A stretch of DNA of 64,000 nucleotides, taken from positions 1-64,000 of the IMG/VR virus record IMGVR_UViG_3300034197_000017, one strand, 5' to 3'. Of the stretch, positions 19,408 to 30,089 are shown in pieces. Under the pieces are notes generated by a model. It was not told the origin of the DNA, searched no databases, and worked only from the letters and a program-made list of their open reading frames with translations. Numbering within the stretch: position 1 is the first letter of the stretch; each line of letters starts with the position of its first letter. Made by a program: the position numbers and the translations under genes. Source of the DNA: a virus. Lineage: Duplodnaviria > Caudoviricetes.

Positions 19408-20295
19408 ATGTATTTAAGAGTAAAAGAATTTGTAAACTCTAAGCCTATCCTGTTCGGTCAGAATATGGTACGTACACCCTACGGTGTTACTATCACTGAA
19501 GCTGATATCGTAGCAGATGCTTTGGGTAAAAAGTCTGTTCCAGAAGGTTCATTCATCGTAGGTGTTGGTAGTGCGACTAGATTCCTCCCCAGAGCTAAAT
19601 CTAAGAATGCTGTAGCTACTAACTCACCTACTGTTACCGTTACTGCTCCTTCAATGCACTTCAAAGTCGGTGACGTTTTGTATAACGTTGCTGGTTATGC
19701 TGAAGTTACCTTTGGTGGAACTATTGCTTCAGGTGATGTATTTACCCTAGAAATTGCAGGTGTAAACTACTCATTCACTTCTGGTAGTAATACGGCTGCT
19801 GCTATTGCTGCTGGTCAAGTCACTGATAATGCTGCTGCTCTCTTAGCTGCTGGTGTTACCATCACTCAAAAAGCTAGCACTGGTACTTTGATTATTAGAG
19901 CTAACGATAGCTACACCATCAATACCTACTGTTCTAGTGGTGCTGCAACTGCAACGGTTAATACTACTGAAGCTGGTTACTTGGGCGATATGGTTCTACC
20001 TCTCGGTACGATTCTATCTATCGGTAGTGTCAATGCTGCTGGGGAAAGAGCTATCACTCTAGCTGCTAATGCTGCTTATGCTCTCCCTGCTGGTTCAAAC
20101 ATCGGCGTTAAGGTTAATAAGTATCTTGGTATTTATCCTTATAACTTAGATTTAAGTGAAGAACCAATGGCTCATCTAGCTCCTATTTGTGAAGCTGATG
20201 GTGTCTACGAGCAAAATCTTCCGTACATTGACCTACAACTGAAACGTAGATTCTCTGACCTACGGATTGACAAGCGTTTCTATAGAGCTATTTAG
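19408..20295 (+). CDS. head decoration protein with inserted beta domain
   Basis: GVTI...ADALGKKSVPEGS at the N-terminus and GVYEQNLP near the C-terminus fit decoration proteins; it is directly upstream of the MCP. Confidence 0.65.
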   Translation: MYLRVKEFVNSKPILFGQNMVRTPYGVTITEADIVADALGKKSVPEGSFIVGVGSATRFLPRAKSKNAVATNSPTVTVTAPSMHFKVGDVLYNVAGYAEVTFGGTIASGDVFTLEIAGVNYSFTSGSNTAAAIAAGQVTDNAAALLAAGVTITQKASTGTLIIRANDSYTINTYCSSGAATATVNTTEAGYLGDMVLPLGTILSIGSVNAAGERAITLAANAAYALPAGSNIGVKVNKYLGIYPYNLDLSEEPMAHLAPICEADGVYEQNLPYIDLQLKRRFSDLRIDKRFYRAI

Positions 20296-20324
20296 ATTTA
20301 TATAATAAGGAAAATATTTATACT

Positions 20325-21494
20325 ATGTTTATTGAAAGTTGGTTAAAGGGACAACGTGAGTCCCGTACCGCTGATTTAGTGGTAGATAATACCCTGAAAC
20401 AGTTGAAGGAACGTAGTCGTGTATTGGACAAGTATGTTCCAATGAAGACTAAAGAAGGTAGAGATTGGCTTGCTTATATCACTGAGCAGATTGACCCTAT
20501 TGCTTCTTTGGTAAGCACTGGTCAAGAATATCCTAGCACCACTAAAGGTAAATTCCGCCAAGTTCAAGCTCGCATGTTCAAAGCTGCTCTGAGACATGAG
20601 TGGAATGAAGACCTGCAATGGAGAATGAAGGAAGTTAAGGAATTTGCCCAAGCTAAGGGTGTATCGGTTCAAAATATCTCTGTTGGTGATGGCAAGATTC
20701 AAGTTGGTCAAGATAATAGCTTGGCTGAATTGATTTTTGGTACAATTCAATCGCTGGTTCGAGGTCATGTGAACCTCTTGGACTATCTTGCTTGGCAGGT
20801 CATCCAAACAGGTGCAATGCAATATAGCGATAGTCGGACTGGTCTAAATATTAATTTAGATTGGAAGCCAGCATTGACCAATGTTAAAAACCATTATCCT
20901 GCTGCTCTTACCGATACTAGACGTTGGACTGAGTTTACTACCGCTGACCCTATTCAAGACTTAGTGGATATGCACTCTGTCTATAAGTACAGCAATGGTT
21001 TTGGTGCTGATGCTGTTGCAATGTCTGAGCAGCTACTTCAACTAGTTCTACGTTGTAAGAGTACTAAGGAAGCTGTTGTAAGTTCGATGACGGTCGGTTA
21101 TACCATGACTGGAACTCCCAGCATGGAACAAGTCAATGACCTTCTCAGACGTAGATTCCTTCCACCTATCGAGTTGGTTGATGACCATTTCCAACTAGAC
21201 GGTGATAACACGGGTAATAACATTCCTACCAGATTCCTTGACCCTACTAGAGTCGCTTTCCTAAAGACTGGGATGGGTGAAAGAGTGTTAGGTGGAACGC
21301 TGGAAAATAACGGTAAAGCTGGTATTTATCAACGTACCTACGAAAAGAGCAAAGAACCACCTCTGGATATCTCTGCTACCGCATCCATGTTGATTGTGAC
21401 TGCTCCTACCATCTCTAAATATGGTATGTGTCGTAAGGTCTGTGACCAAATAGACCTGAATTCAGTGACCAATGTGGCTGACTTTGAATTCTAG
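20325..21494 (+). CDS. major capsid protein (HK97 fold, lambda gpE-like)
   Basis: 389 aa; NHYPAALT...W...TADPIQDL...ADAVAMS pattern; followed by a strong terminator. Confidence 0.85.
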   Translation: MFIESWLKGQRESRTADLVVDNTLKQLKERSRVLDKYVPMKTKEGRDWLAYITEQIDPIASLVSTGQEYPSTTKGKFRQVQARMFKAALRHEWNEDLQWRMKEVKEFAQAKGVSVQNISVGDGKIQVGQDNSLAELIFGTIQSLVRGHVNLLDYLAWQVIQTGAMQYSDSRTGLNINLDWKPALTNVKNHYPAALTDTRRWTEFTTADPIQDLVDMHSVYKYSNGFGADAVAMSEQLLQLVLRCKSTKEAVVSSMTVGYTMTGTPSMEQVNDLLRRRFLPPIELVDDHFQLDGDNTGNNIPTRFLDPTRVAFLKTGMGERVLGGTLENNGKAGIYQRTYEKSKEPPLDISATASMLIVTAPTISKYGMCRKVCDQIDLNSVTNVADFEF

Positions 21495-21519
21495 ACCTTA
21501 AAAGTCTAAATTTACATTT

Positions 21520-21551
21520 CCCGTTAGAAAATTTTCTAGCGGGTTTTGTTT
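21520..21551 (+). terminator. intrinsic terminator after the capsid gene
   Basis: CCCGTTAGAAAATTTTCTAGCGGG hairpin followed by TTTTGTTT; its two arms are two copies of the dispersed motif. Confidence 0.85.
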
Positions 21552-21599
21552 TATCAGAGTGGTATTATTGGAATATATAAATAATTAATTAATATCACG

Positions 21600-22655
21600 A
21601 TGACTGCAACAACTACTTTAGAGAATTTTCTAACGACTATTAATGAAAAAATAGCCATTACTACTGCTGAAGAGGCATTGGCTAATTTAGCAGAAATTAG
21701 AGCTGATATATACGATGCTTTAGGGTATAACTCAGGTGTTGGAGGTACATATTCAGGTGCTACAGCTTCTGAAGTTATTGATTCTATAGATGCTTCTGTA
21801 GATATTGAAGCAATTAAAGATTCCCTAGCTAGTATAGATACGTATATTCAAGATTTAGCTGGATATGTAGATACTGTAGAGGCTAAATTAACAGATGTAG
21901 CTGGCTCTACTAATAATCTTGGGGATATACTCACAGCTAATACTTCAAGCCTTGCAACAATTAATGTTACCTTAACTGCTATTAAAGGATATATTGACGG
22001 TGTTGAAGGGTTTACTGATGGATTAGAGACTCTAATTGGAAGTACTAATTCCAAGTTAGATTCTATTATCTCTTTTGTAGATGGTCTAGAAGGATATACT
22101 GACGGAATTGAGACATCAATTGGAACTACTAACTCTAGATTGAGTACCTTAAGTACAAATTTATCTGATGTAGAAACTCTAATTACTGCTGGAAATGTAA
22201 GTTTAGAATTATTGGTATCTACTTTAGAGACTGTAGAAACTAATACAGACCAGTTAGAAAATTTAATCGCTGCTGGCAATACGTTACTGACTGGAATTAA
22301 ATCAGCTATTGATAAATTAGCTCCCACTGTTACTACATATAGATATATGGGTACTAGTGCTGGTGCTAATGTTAAAGTTTCAGCAGGAAAGATTTACTCT
22401 CTATCCTGTAGTAACCTTTCAACTAATCCTAGATATTTTCAGCTATTTAACTCTTCCTCTACTCCCTCAGCAAATCAGACTGCACTTGAATCTTATCCTA
22501 TTACTGGTGGAGGTTCGATAATTTTGGATTGTAATTATTTCGATAAGACTTCAAATGAATTTTCTAGCGGGATTAGTTGGGGATTCTCCACCTCTGCTCT
22601 TACCTATGTTGCTGGAGATTCAACTACGGCTATTGTTGTAATTAGGGCTATCTAA
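21600..22655 (+). CDS. coiled-coil structural protein with C-terminal beta domain (fibre/whisker-like)
   Basis: Heptad-like repeats (IDGVEGFTDGLETLI / VDGLEGYTDGIETSI) and a short beta-rich C-terminus. Confidence 0.55.
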   Translation: MTATTTLENFLTTINEKIAITTAEEALANLAEIRADIYDALGYNSGVGGTYSGATASEVIDSIDASVDIEAIKDSLASIDTYIQDLAGYVDTVEAKLTDVAGSTNNLGDILTANTSSLATINVTLTAIKGYIDGVEGFTDGLETLIGSTNSKLDSIISFVDGLEGYTDGIETSIGTTNSRLSTLSTNLSDVETLITAGNVSLELLVSTLETVETNTDQLENLIAAGNTLLTGIKSAIDKLAPTVTTYRYMGTSAGANVKVSAGKIYSLSCSNLSTNPRYFQLFNSSSTPSANQTALESYPITGGGSIILDCNYFDKTSNEFSSGISWGFSTSALTYVAGDSTTAIVVIRAI

Positions 22656-22656
22656 G

Positions 22657-23085
22657 ATGCCATCTAAATTAACTAAAACCTCACTAGATGAATTCCTTAC
22701 TTCATCAGATATTTTAGATTTTGACTCATCTGTACAGTCAATAATCAGTAATTCAAGCGTTGGGGAAGTTATCTGGAATGTAGTGACTTCAGATACTGAT
22801 TTAGTTCCTGGAAATGGTTATATCTGTGCTTCAGAATCCAGAATCTTATTAACCCTACCTAGTACAGCAAATGTGAATAGTAGGATATCTATTTACACTG
22901 TAGGTATTGGAGGATGGAAAATTCAACAGCAAGAGGGAGGTCAAATTCAAGTAGGACATCTCTTCACTACTTACGGTGCTTTAGGGTATATAGAATCTCT
23001 ATATGTAGGAGACTATTTACCGTTAGTATTTGCTAATAATATGTGGATTGAGATAGGAATGAGAGGGAATATTAACGTAATATAA
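22657..23085 (+). CDS. tail fibre-associated protein
   Basis: W..VT......NGY...LTLPST....I...G.GGW.I.Q domain, shared with the C-terminus of 23114..24196. Confidence 0.55.
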   Translation: MPSKLTKTSLDEFLTSSDILDFDSSVQSIISNSSVGEVIWNVVTSDTDLVPGNGYICASESRILLTLPSTANVNSRISIYTVGIGGWKIQQQEGGQIQVGHLFTTYGALGYIESLYVGDYLPLVFANNMWIEIGMRGNINVI

Positions 23086-23113
23086 TAAAAGTACATAAAT
23101 CTTAATAATTAGT

Positions 23114-24196
23114 ATGGTTTTTCAAAATAGTTTTGGTAATAGATTAGTAGATGGGTTAAGGATAGATTTTAGTAATTCAGCTACTGGAGATATTTACTAT
23201 AGAAATTCTGCTGGTGAACTAACCAGATTAGGAATAGGTAGTGAAGGACAGGTACTAATTTCTGGAGAACTTACTCCTTTTTGGGGAGATAATATTGCTG
23301 GTGGTGATGCTGGTGGTGATTTTACAGGAAGTAGCTTTCCTAATCCAGTTCTAGCTAATGATGTTGTAACTTTTCCAAAAATTCAAAATATTTCTACAGG
23401 GACATTTCTAGGTAGAATTGATGCTGGTTCAGGTAATGTAGAAGCATTAACCGCTAGTCAAGTTAGAACTGGATTACAGTTAGGAACTGCTGCACTAGTA
23501 AATACTGGTAGTAGTGCTGGAGATATACCTTTATTAGGTGTAGGAGGTGTTATTCCTGCCTATATGCTTCCTTCAATTGCTATTACAGAGGTTCAATGGG
23601 TAGCAAATCAAACAGCTAGACTTGCCCTAGATATCAATATTGGCTCTGTAGCTAAACAGACCGATAATGGTATTGCTTACATGCTAGCTAGTCTTCCTGC
23701 TAGTGATAATGCTAACTGGATATCAATTGGAGATACATCTATTGATGCTGGTGAAATTGTTAGCGGTATTATTGACCCTACTAGATTAGGAAGTGGTACG
23801 GCTAATAGTACTACGGTCTTATTTGGTGATGGTACATATAAAACAATAAACTTTATATTTCCTTGGACTAAAGTTACTGGTACATCTCAGACTATATCCG
23901 TAAATAATGGGTATGTCATAAATAATGCCTCTTTATGCACGTTACCGTTACCTAGTACATCTGCAATCGGTGATGTAATTAAGCTAATGGGTGAAGGTAT
24001 TGGGGGATGGAGAATATCTCAGAATACAGGCCAATCTATCAGAGTAGGAAACCTAGTCTCCACTACTGGTACATCTGGTAAGATTGAATCATATACAAGT
24101 ACACCTCAAGCTACAGTAGAACTTGTATGTACTGCAACTAATACTACCTGGCAAGCCCTTAACTATACAGGTATCATAAATGTCGTTAACACATAG
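23114..24196 (+). CDS. tail fibre protein
   Basis: Gly-rich fibre motifs (GDIYYRNSAGELTRLGIG, LQLGTAALVNTG, RLGSGTANSTTVLFGDGT). Confidence 0.7.
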   Translation: MVFQNSFGNRLVDGLRIDFSNSATGDIYYRNSAGELTRLGIGSEGQVLISGELTPFWGDNIAGGDAGGDFTGSSFPNPVLANDVVTFPKIQNISTGTFLGRIDAGSGNVEALTASQVRTGLQLGTAALVNTGSSAGDIPLLGVGGVIPAYMLPSIAITEVQWVANQTARLALDINIGSVAKQTDNGIAYMLASLPASDNANWISIGDTSIDAGEIVSGIIDPTRLGSGTANSTTVLFGDGTYKTINFIFPWTKVTGTSQTISVNNGYVINNASLCTLPLPSTSAIGDVIKLMGEGIGGWRISQNTGQSIRVGNLVSTTGTSGKIESYTSTPQATVELVCTATNTTWQALNYTGIINVVNT

Positions 24197-24205
24197 ATTT
24201 ATTTA

Positions 24206-25804
24206 ATGGCTACTCAAAACTCTATAGGTTCTCAAATTCTCGATGTTTTAGATAATTTACTAAAATTTGGGAATAATACTATTACTGGACTAAGAACTCT
24301 TAGATTAGTTAATAGTGCAGGATTTATTGACATAGCTGGAACTCCAACTAATCCAGATGGAAATGTTATTACAGTTAGACCTATAACAGATACTATGTCA
24401 GTTCTAGGGGATTTTGCTTCTCCCCCTTCAATTGGTAGTACTCTAGCTAATACTGGAAGATTTTCTAGCGTGGTGGTTGCTGGTACTAACATGCAATACA
24501 CTCTATCTCCTTCTGGTGGATATTTAGCTCAAGAGCTAGTTAATACTTCCGGTGGTATTTATAGAGATATGTCAATGGATGGGAATGACTATAACTTCAG
24601 AGAAATCCAAGTAAGTACCACGGAGTTACAGTTTAATGGTAGTGCTAATGCCCATCATCAATATAATCTTCCATTATATTTTAATTCTCCTGTTTACTCC
24701 ACGACTCCTAATGCATTTATACTGCAAAATAGTTCGGTATCTGGGCAGTTAATTAAATGGAGGACTTCAGCAGATGTAGATAGGTGGGCATTTGGTAAAA
24801 CTGGAGAAGATAGAGAAAATCTAGGTTGTTATGCTTTTAATGATGCAGGAGCATTATCTTTTACTGCATTTACAATAAACAGAGATACTGGTATCTTCCA
24901 ACCCTATAGATTTGCTTTGGCTTATGGTGGATATTCAATGGAGTTACAGTTTACATCTGGAACTGCTAATAGAACCGCTATATTTCCTGATAAAACAGGT
25001 ACTGTAGCCTTTACTTCAGATATATCGTCTAATGCTCCATCTGAAATTACCTCTTCTAATGTTTTCGATGATTATTTAAGAGTTTATAGTTCCTCTAATA
25101 CTGCCGATAGAAAAATATTAGGTAGGAATTTAGCTCCGTTTAATCCTGCTACCTTATATTGGGCATATGATGATTTTGTAGGTGGTAATACTTTTATTAC
25201 AGGATTTGGATATTATCCTGTAGGTTCTGGTTCTGGAGTTACATCTGTAAATAATGGCTATAGTGATGCTTTTGGAATAGCGTCTATTACTGCTGGAAAT
25301 ACTTCCTCATCTCTATGTCATATGTACATTACTAACCAAAATATTGTAGTGGGAGGTGGAGGTAGATTTTATATTAAATCTAGAGTAAGAATTCCTGTAT
25401 TGTCAGATGGGACTAATAGATTTATTTGTTTTTCTGGACTTAGGGATAACTGGGATACTGATGGTACAGACGGTATTTTCTTCAAATATAGTGACACCTT
25501 AAATAGTGGTGCTTGGCAGTGTGTAACCAGAAGTAATTCAGTGGCAACAACAGTGAATACTAATGTTACTATAGTTGCGGGTACATGGTATAACTTAGAA
25601 ATTCTTACTGATGCTGCCTTTACTTTTGTATGGTTTTATATTAATGGTACTCAAGTAGCTACTAGTAATTCCAATGTATTGACTGGTTCATCTAGAAATA
25701 CATCAATAAGTCCAGCTTCTATAATGAAAACATTGGGAACAGTGGCTAGAAGTATGGATATTGATTATTTTGTAGTGTTAAAAGAATTCTCTACACCTAG
25801 ATGA
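24206..25804 (+). CDS. tail fibre / receptor-binding protein
   Basis: FPDKTGTVAFTSDI fibre motif and a C-terminal beta-sandwich (WYNLEI...FYINGTQVAT). Confidence 0.65.
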   Translation: MATQNSIGSQILDVLDNLLKFGNNTITGLRTLRLVNSAGFIDIAGTPTNPDGNVITVRPITDTMSVLGDFASPPSIGSTLANTGRFSSVVVAGTNMQYTLSPSGGYLAQELVNTSGGIYRDMSMDGNDYNFREIQVSTTELQFNGSANAHHQYNLPLYFNSPVYSTTPNAFILQNSSVSGQLIKWRTSADVDRWAFGKTGEDRENLGCYAFNDAGALSFTAFTINRDTGIFQPYRFALAYGGYSMELQFTSGTANRTAIFPDKTGTVAFTSDISSNAPSEITSSNVFDDYLRVYSSSNTADRKILGRNLAPFNPATLYWAYDDFVGGNTFITGFGYYPVGSGSGVTSVNNGYSDAFGIASITAGNTSSSLCHMYITNQNIVVGGGGRFYIKSRVRIPVLSDGTNRFICFSGLRDNWDTDGTDGIFFKYSDTLNSGAWQCVTRSNSVATTVNTNVTIVAGTWYNLEILTDAAFTFVWFYINGTQVATSNSNVLTGSSRNTSISPASIMKTLGTVARSMDIDYFVVLKEFSTPR

Positions 25805-25841
25805 TATACTTTAGTTATAAATACTAAATATAAATAAAGTT

Positions 25842-26324
25842 ATGGCGGATTATAAGGTACACATCGCATATATTACCCCTAATGGAGAGATTATTTTACC
25901 GGGAATATATAGCGATACTAAAATAGATTTACATATCGCTAGAAGTAAATCCATCGTTACAGCAGTAGACGCAACTGTAGAAGTTAAAACAACTTCTCTA
26001 ACAGATGAGTCATTGACTATTGTAAACATGGAACAAAGATTTTCTACCGAGGATGTTTTGACTGTCTTTAAGGGTGAATCTATTCAAGAGATAGTACAGA
26101 TTGAAAGAGTACAAATTAATTACGCTACAGCAGAACAGTTAGAAAAACTAAAATATATCGGTAAGGCTACTGCTAATAAGGTTATTCAGTTAAGACCTTT
26201 TACTAGCTATGACCAATTAAATTCTAAAGTCCCATTAAAAAATCGTAGATGGGAAGATGTAGCAGTTATTGATTTCAAAACTGTTTCTGAGATAACAGCA
26301 GAAACAAACGTTATACTTAGTTGA
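25842..26324 (+). CDS. protein with C-terminal helix-hairpin-helix DNA-binding domain
   Basis: INYATAEQLEKLKYIGKATANKVIQLRPFTSYDQL is a ComEA-type HhH motif. Confidence 0.7.
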   Translation: MADYKVHIAYITPNGEIILPGIYSDTKIDLHIARSKSIVTAVDATVEVKTTSLTDESLTIVNMEQRFSTEDVLTVFKGESIQEIVQIERVQINYATAEQLEKLKYIGKATANKVIQLRPFTSYDQLNSKVPLKNRRWEDVAVIDFKTVSEITAETNVILS

Positions 26325-26331
26325 GGTAATT

Positions 26332-26910
26332 ATGACGTATCAGGGGATATTACCTCAAGTAATCAAACAGAATGAACTCATCAGTGAAGGAAAGCGTTTT
26401 TCTAACTCGGTTCCTCAGATTCCCTTTAATGGGATTACCTCACCAAAAATTAAAAGAGCTGGAGTGGCTAAACGCTTATCACCGTCTATGTCTAAAGAAA
26501 AAACATTCGTAAAACACGGTAAGTTTTCCTATATGGAAGATACGGCTGATTTTGCAGGTGAAATGCCTTACTCCTATCCCTACAATCCAGCTCCATTTGA
26601 CCCTAGACAGTCTCCTTATTACACTAGACCTCAACCTAATCAACCATTGCCGTATCCTCAACCATATTCAGGAAATTACCCAGAAGAACAATATCCTAAA
26701 CCCTATATATCTACTCCTGAAGTCTATTCACAGACAGAGGGAAGACGTAAATTTGACTCCAGACGGCAAGCCTATAACTCAGGGGTAAATACCTCTAGAG
26801 AGGCTAGAAGATGGATTACAACAGCAAATACCTCTAATAATGAACTTAGAAGTAACTTAAAATTCTTAGGAATTAATGGTAGACAATTAGTAGGTGGCTC
26901 AAGTGACTAA
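26332..26910 (+). CDS. Pro/Tyr/Gln-rich low-complexity protein
   Basis: Internal KFSYMEDTADFAG motif followed by PYPYNP/PYPQPY repeats. Confidence 0.55.
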   Translation: MTYQGILPQVIKQNELISEGKRFSNSVPQIPFNGITSPKIKRAGVAKRLSPSMSKEKTFVKHGKFSYMEDTADFAGEMPYSYPYNPAPFDPRQSPYYTRPQPNQPLPYPQPYSGNYPEEQYPKPYISTPEVYSQTEGRRKFDSRRQAYNSGVNTSREARRWITTANTSNNELRSNLKFLGINGRQLVGGSSD

Positions 26911-27574
26911 CTTAAAGTATGCCAAGATTGACTCCATAACTCGTAGATTAGCAGGAAGAATTACTGTAGTAGATTTAACTGACTACGGAATTACGGGTAT
27001 TACTGGTACTGAAATAGGTACTGATATTATAGAAATTATTGGTCTAGAAAAAGAGGAGTTCATAGATATGTACTTATCTATGATTTATGTCTTCCCCTTA
27101 ATAAATGAACATCCTTTTCTGCAGGCTATTGTAGAAAAATTAGTTATTAGCGACGTATATTACACTTATTTTCCTACTATGGCTGAAAATAGTGAAAATA
27201 CAGATACTTTCGCTGGTATTATGAGGCAGCAAGCCTTAAATGATTTCCAATCTCTCTTTAATGGTCTAGGTATATTCATTCCTGGTAGTAGTAATCAAGC
27301 TAATTCTATCCAGAATGATGAAAATAAATATCAAATGGCTAATAAAGCCGTAATGCTTATGGGAGAGAAGATTAAACCTTATATCGGATATGATATGGAT
27401 GGAGATGGGACTGCTGATAGTGATTTATATAAATTAAATACTAATGTATCTCCTAGTTTTTATAGTCCGGGGGATATGAGTTTGTTAGGGGAGGGTGAAG
27501 ATATAATAGATGGTATAAGAGTTAGACCTAGATATACGACAGCTAGAAATAAAGCAGATATTAATTTTTGGTAA
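26894..27574 (+). CDS. putative head-tail adaptor (Mu gp36-like)
   Basis: GTG start; YAKIDSITRRL...IDMYLSMIYVFPL...LQAIVEKLVISDVY resembles adaptor proteins; position fits. Confidence 0.55.
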   Translation: MAQVTNLKYAKIDSITRRLAGRITVVDLTDYGITGITGTEIGTDIIEIIGLEKEEFIDMYLSMIYVFPLINEHPFLQAIVEKLVISDVYYTYFPTMAENSENTDTFAGIMRQQALNDFQSLFNGLGIFIPGSSNQANSIQNDENKYQMANKAVMLMGEKIKPYIGYDMDGDGTADSDLYKLNTNVSPSFYSPGDMSLLGEGEDIIDGIRVRPRYTTARNKADINFW

Positions 27575-27738
27575 TGGAATTAGCAGATATCGGAAAAGAG
27601 ATAAGACGGTTAGTTTTGGAAAGTTTGAAAGAGACTGTCCCAGAAGCTACGGCTAATTTCTCTAAACTAAGCAAACTTAAGGATAGTTCAACTAAAGCTT
27701 TAGGATACTCAAAATTAAAAACAAACTATACCCCATAA
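27574..27738 (+). CDS. small hypothetical protein (54 aa), not in ORF track
   Basis: TAATG overlap with the upstream stop; MELADIGKEIRRLVLESLKETVPEATANFSKL...; fills the gap exactly. Confidence 0.6.
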   Translation: MELADIGKEIRRLVLESLKETVPEATANFSKLSKLKDSSTKALGYSKLKTNYTP

Positions 27739-27742
27739 CGTA

Positions 27743-28225
27743 ATGCTAATTGATACTCCAAATTATCCAGAAAAATTTGATTTTGTAGATGCTGACTGTA
27801 AAGCTATTGTGGAGTATTTATATAACACAGTTAACTATACATTTTCTAACACGAAGCAGAAGTTAATTAAGACCTATAGGGCATGGAATGATATAGAGAT
27901 TCCTACAGTAGATTACCCAGTATTAAAGGTATATGCTGAATCTGAAACAGTATTTGAAAATGCACCTTTTCTATCGACTTCTTTTACTATTGCCTATGGT
28001 TTAGCCTATACTACTAAGCCTAAAGTTGGGGATGTTAGTAGGTTTGTTACTAAGGAACTAATTAGAGCCTTAATTAATGCTCCTTTAGAGGAGTTTATGT
28101 TTCAAATAGATTGGAGAAATCAATTTAATGTTCAATATGAAACATTAATTTCTCCTGGTAATGTTATCTATAGATATTCAACAATAAACTGTAATATTTT
28201 CACAAGGATGGATTTACCAGAATAG
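27743..28225 (+). CDS. putative tail completion/terminator protein
   Basis: 160 aa, EIPTVDYPVLKVY pattern; located in the head-to-tail joining region. Confidence 0.45.
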   Translation: MLIDTPNYPEKFDFVDADCKAIVEYLYNTVNYTFSNTKQKLIKTYRAWNDIEIPTVDYPVLKVYAESETVFENAPFLSTSFTIAYGLAYTTKPKVGDVSRFVTKELIRALINAPLEEFMFQIDWRNQFNVQYETLISPGNVIYRYSTINCNIFTRMDLPE

Positions 28226-28277
28226 AACCGTTAGAAAAATTGATATATAATTAAATTAATAAGATATACATATAAAT

Positions 28278-29111
28278 ATGAGTACAGTAACCTTTAAACG
28301 AGCTTTGCAGACATTAACCAGTACCTATACTGCAAGTGTAATTGCTGGAATTATTTCTGAGACTGCTGGTAAAATCTATCTTCCATTAAGTTTTGATTCA
28401 TTTGATGCTCCAGATATTTCTATTGATGGATGTACTTTGACATCTACTCAAACTAAAATTTCTGGTGCTGCTGGTGCATTTGATAATGTTAGAGTCGGTG
28501 ATATTGTCACAAGTACTTCAACAGGTACATTAACGGCTAAGAGTGCTGTAACAATCAATACTTGCTATGTAGCTAAACTTCTCCCCTATATCATCTATCC
28601 TGACACTGCTGATATTTCTGGTATTAAAGCTGGAGATGCAGTTACAGGTACTGGTATCGGTGCTGATTGTCTAGTAGATAAGATAGATACAGTAAGCCGT
28701 ATAATCTATCTCACTGTAGCTAATACTGCTGCTGGAGCAAATAACATCACCTTTACACCTCCTGTTAGAGTGACTGCTGTTAGACCCTCTACTGCACTCT
28801 CTAACGCTAATCAGATTGATATTGATACTACGATTGCTACATCTGGAGCTGCTAGTACTATAGTAATCACTCCTGGTGCTGGTGAGGCTATATTTGCTGT
28901 TCTTAGAGTTGAACCACTATCTAACTCGACTGGTGGAAGATTAAACGTCGCTCTATCTGTCTATTATGGGGATGGTGCTGATGTTAAAGGCTCAACCACT
29001 GGATATAGTGAATTGACATTTTCTACCCTGTCATATAGTTCACTATCTACCTTTGGTATTGATGCTGATACCTTCCTGGTGGATGCTAGATTACCTAGAC
29101 CTACGAGCTAA
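28278..29111 (+). CDS. Thr/Ala-rich structural protein
   Basis: Beta-rich, with the codon bias of a highly expressed gene and an internal repeat (VRVGDIVT / IKAGDAVTG). Confidence 0.5.
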   Translation: MSTVTFKRALQTLTSTYTASVIAGIISETAGKIYLPLSFDSFDAPDISIDGCTLTSTQTKISGAAGAFDNVRVGDIVTSTSTGTLTAKSAVTINTCYVAKLLPYIIYPDTADISGIKAGDAVTGTGIGADCLVDKIDTVSRIIYLTVANTAAGANNITFTPPVRVTAVRPSTALSNANQIDIDTTIATSGAASTIVITPGAGEAIFAVLRVEPLSNSTGGRLNVALSVYYGDGADVKGSTTGYSELTFSTLSYSSLSTFGIDADTFLVDARLPRPTS

Positions 29112-29169
29112 TATTACTTAATATTTTAATATTGATATACTAGGTGATATGTTTACCTAGTATATTTAT

Positions 29170-29493
29170 TTGAGCATAATGGATACACAAAATACTGAAT
29201 ATGACACTATATTAGATTCCCTTAAAAAGATTCATATAGCAGCTAAATCTAGCAGAATAGCGATTAGAAAAGATATTAAAGGGTTACAATCTCTTATGCT
29301 CCTCTGCATTGCAGTAGTTTTACTTGTAACTCAAGCTAATAAAGATGATAGGGAGGGGTTTGTTTCTAAATATGGAGATACCCTTATGACATTAGCTTTA
29401 ACAGGAGCTGCTGGATTTAAAACTTTTACTGCACAGGCTGAATCTGAAAAAGAAGAACCAAATGATGATGATGATGAAGATGCAACTAAATGA
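29170..29493 (+). CDS. membrane protein, holin candidate
   Basis: Two hydrophobic segments (LMLLCIAVVLLV; TLMTLALTGAAGF) and a strongly acidic C-terminal tail. Confidence 0.4.
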   Translation: MSIMDTQNTEYDTILDSLKKIHIAAKSSRIAIRKDIKGLQSLMLLCIAVVLLVTQANKDDREGFVSKYGDTLMTLALTGAAGFKTFTAQAESEKEEPNDDDDEDATK

Positions 29494-30089
29494 ATTTCAA
29501 TCAAATCATTTTAGATATCCTAGATTGGATTAGAAGGAGTTTATGGACTGAGGAAATACATAATAAACCTTATCAGGTATTAGATACTAAAATAGGTACT
29601 ACTGGCATCATTAAACGAGTGCAAAGGGATACTCCTAGAGCCGTAGCTACCTATATCCTAACTCCAGTACATAATTCTGACTCTATTAAGGATTTCACAA
29701 AACAAAAATCAATAAAAGATATTCATATTTGTCTTGACCATTTATGGACAATTGAGCTGACTACACATTACCCACAAAAAACTAAACATTCTATAAAAAG
29801 TAGACGGTTTAGTACTTCCGGGAAATCGCACACGGTAACAATACTTGAGGCTAGTAGATGGTTAAATAGAGAAGGTAATTACTCTAGCAATGTGATATTT
29901 ACAAAAGAATATGATTTCTTAGGCTCAGATTTTAATGCTACTAGAGATAAGTATGCCATACCTATAATTACTGATATGGCTAATTTACTGCTTTATAGGA
30001 ATTTGAAAACTATAAACTGGGAAATTGAAATTGAAATGAGCCAAAAGAGATTTATGGGTAGACATTATAGTTCAAAACATATGCAATGA
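29490..30089 (+). CDS. hypothetical protein, tail region
   Basis: 199-aa ORF overlapping its neighbours by 4 nt. Confidence 0.65.
   Translation: MNFNQIILDILDWIRRSLWTEEIHNKPYQVLDTKIGTTGIIKRVQRDTPRAVATYILTPVHNSDSIKDFTKQKSIKDIHICLDHLWTIELTTHYPQKTKHSIKSRRFSTSGKSHTVTILEASRWLNREGNYSSNVIFTKEYDFLGSDFNATRDKYAIPIITDMANLLLYRNLKTINWEIEIEMSQKRFMGRHYSSKHMQ

Noticed and set aside
25842-26324. PsbU photosystem gene
   Set aside because: It shares only the generic HhH fold; there is no signal peptide or PsbU-specific motif.
21574-28277. TATAAATA (T4-type late promoter) upstream of several structural genes
   Set aside because: An all-AT 8-mer is expected about ten times per strand by chance at this composition, and no late sigma factor is seen in the window.
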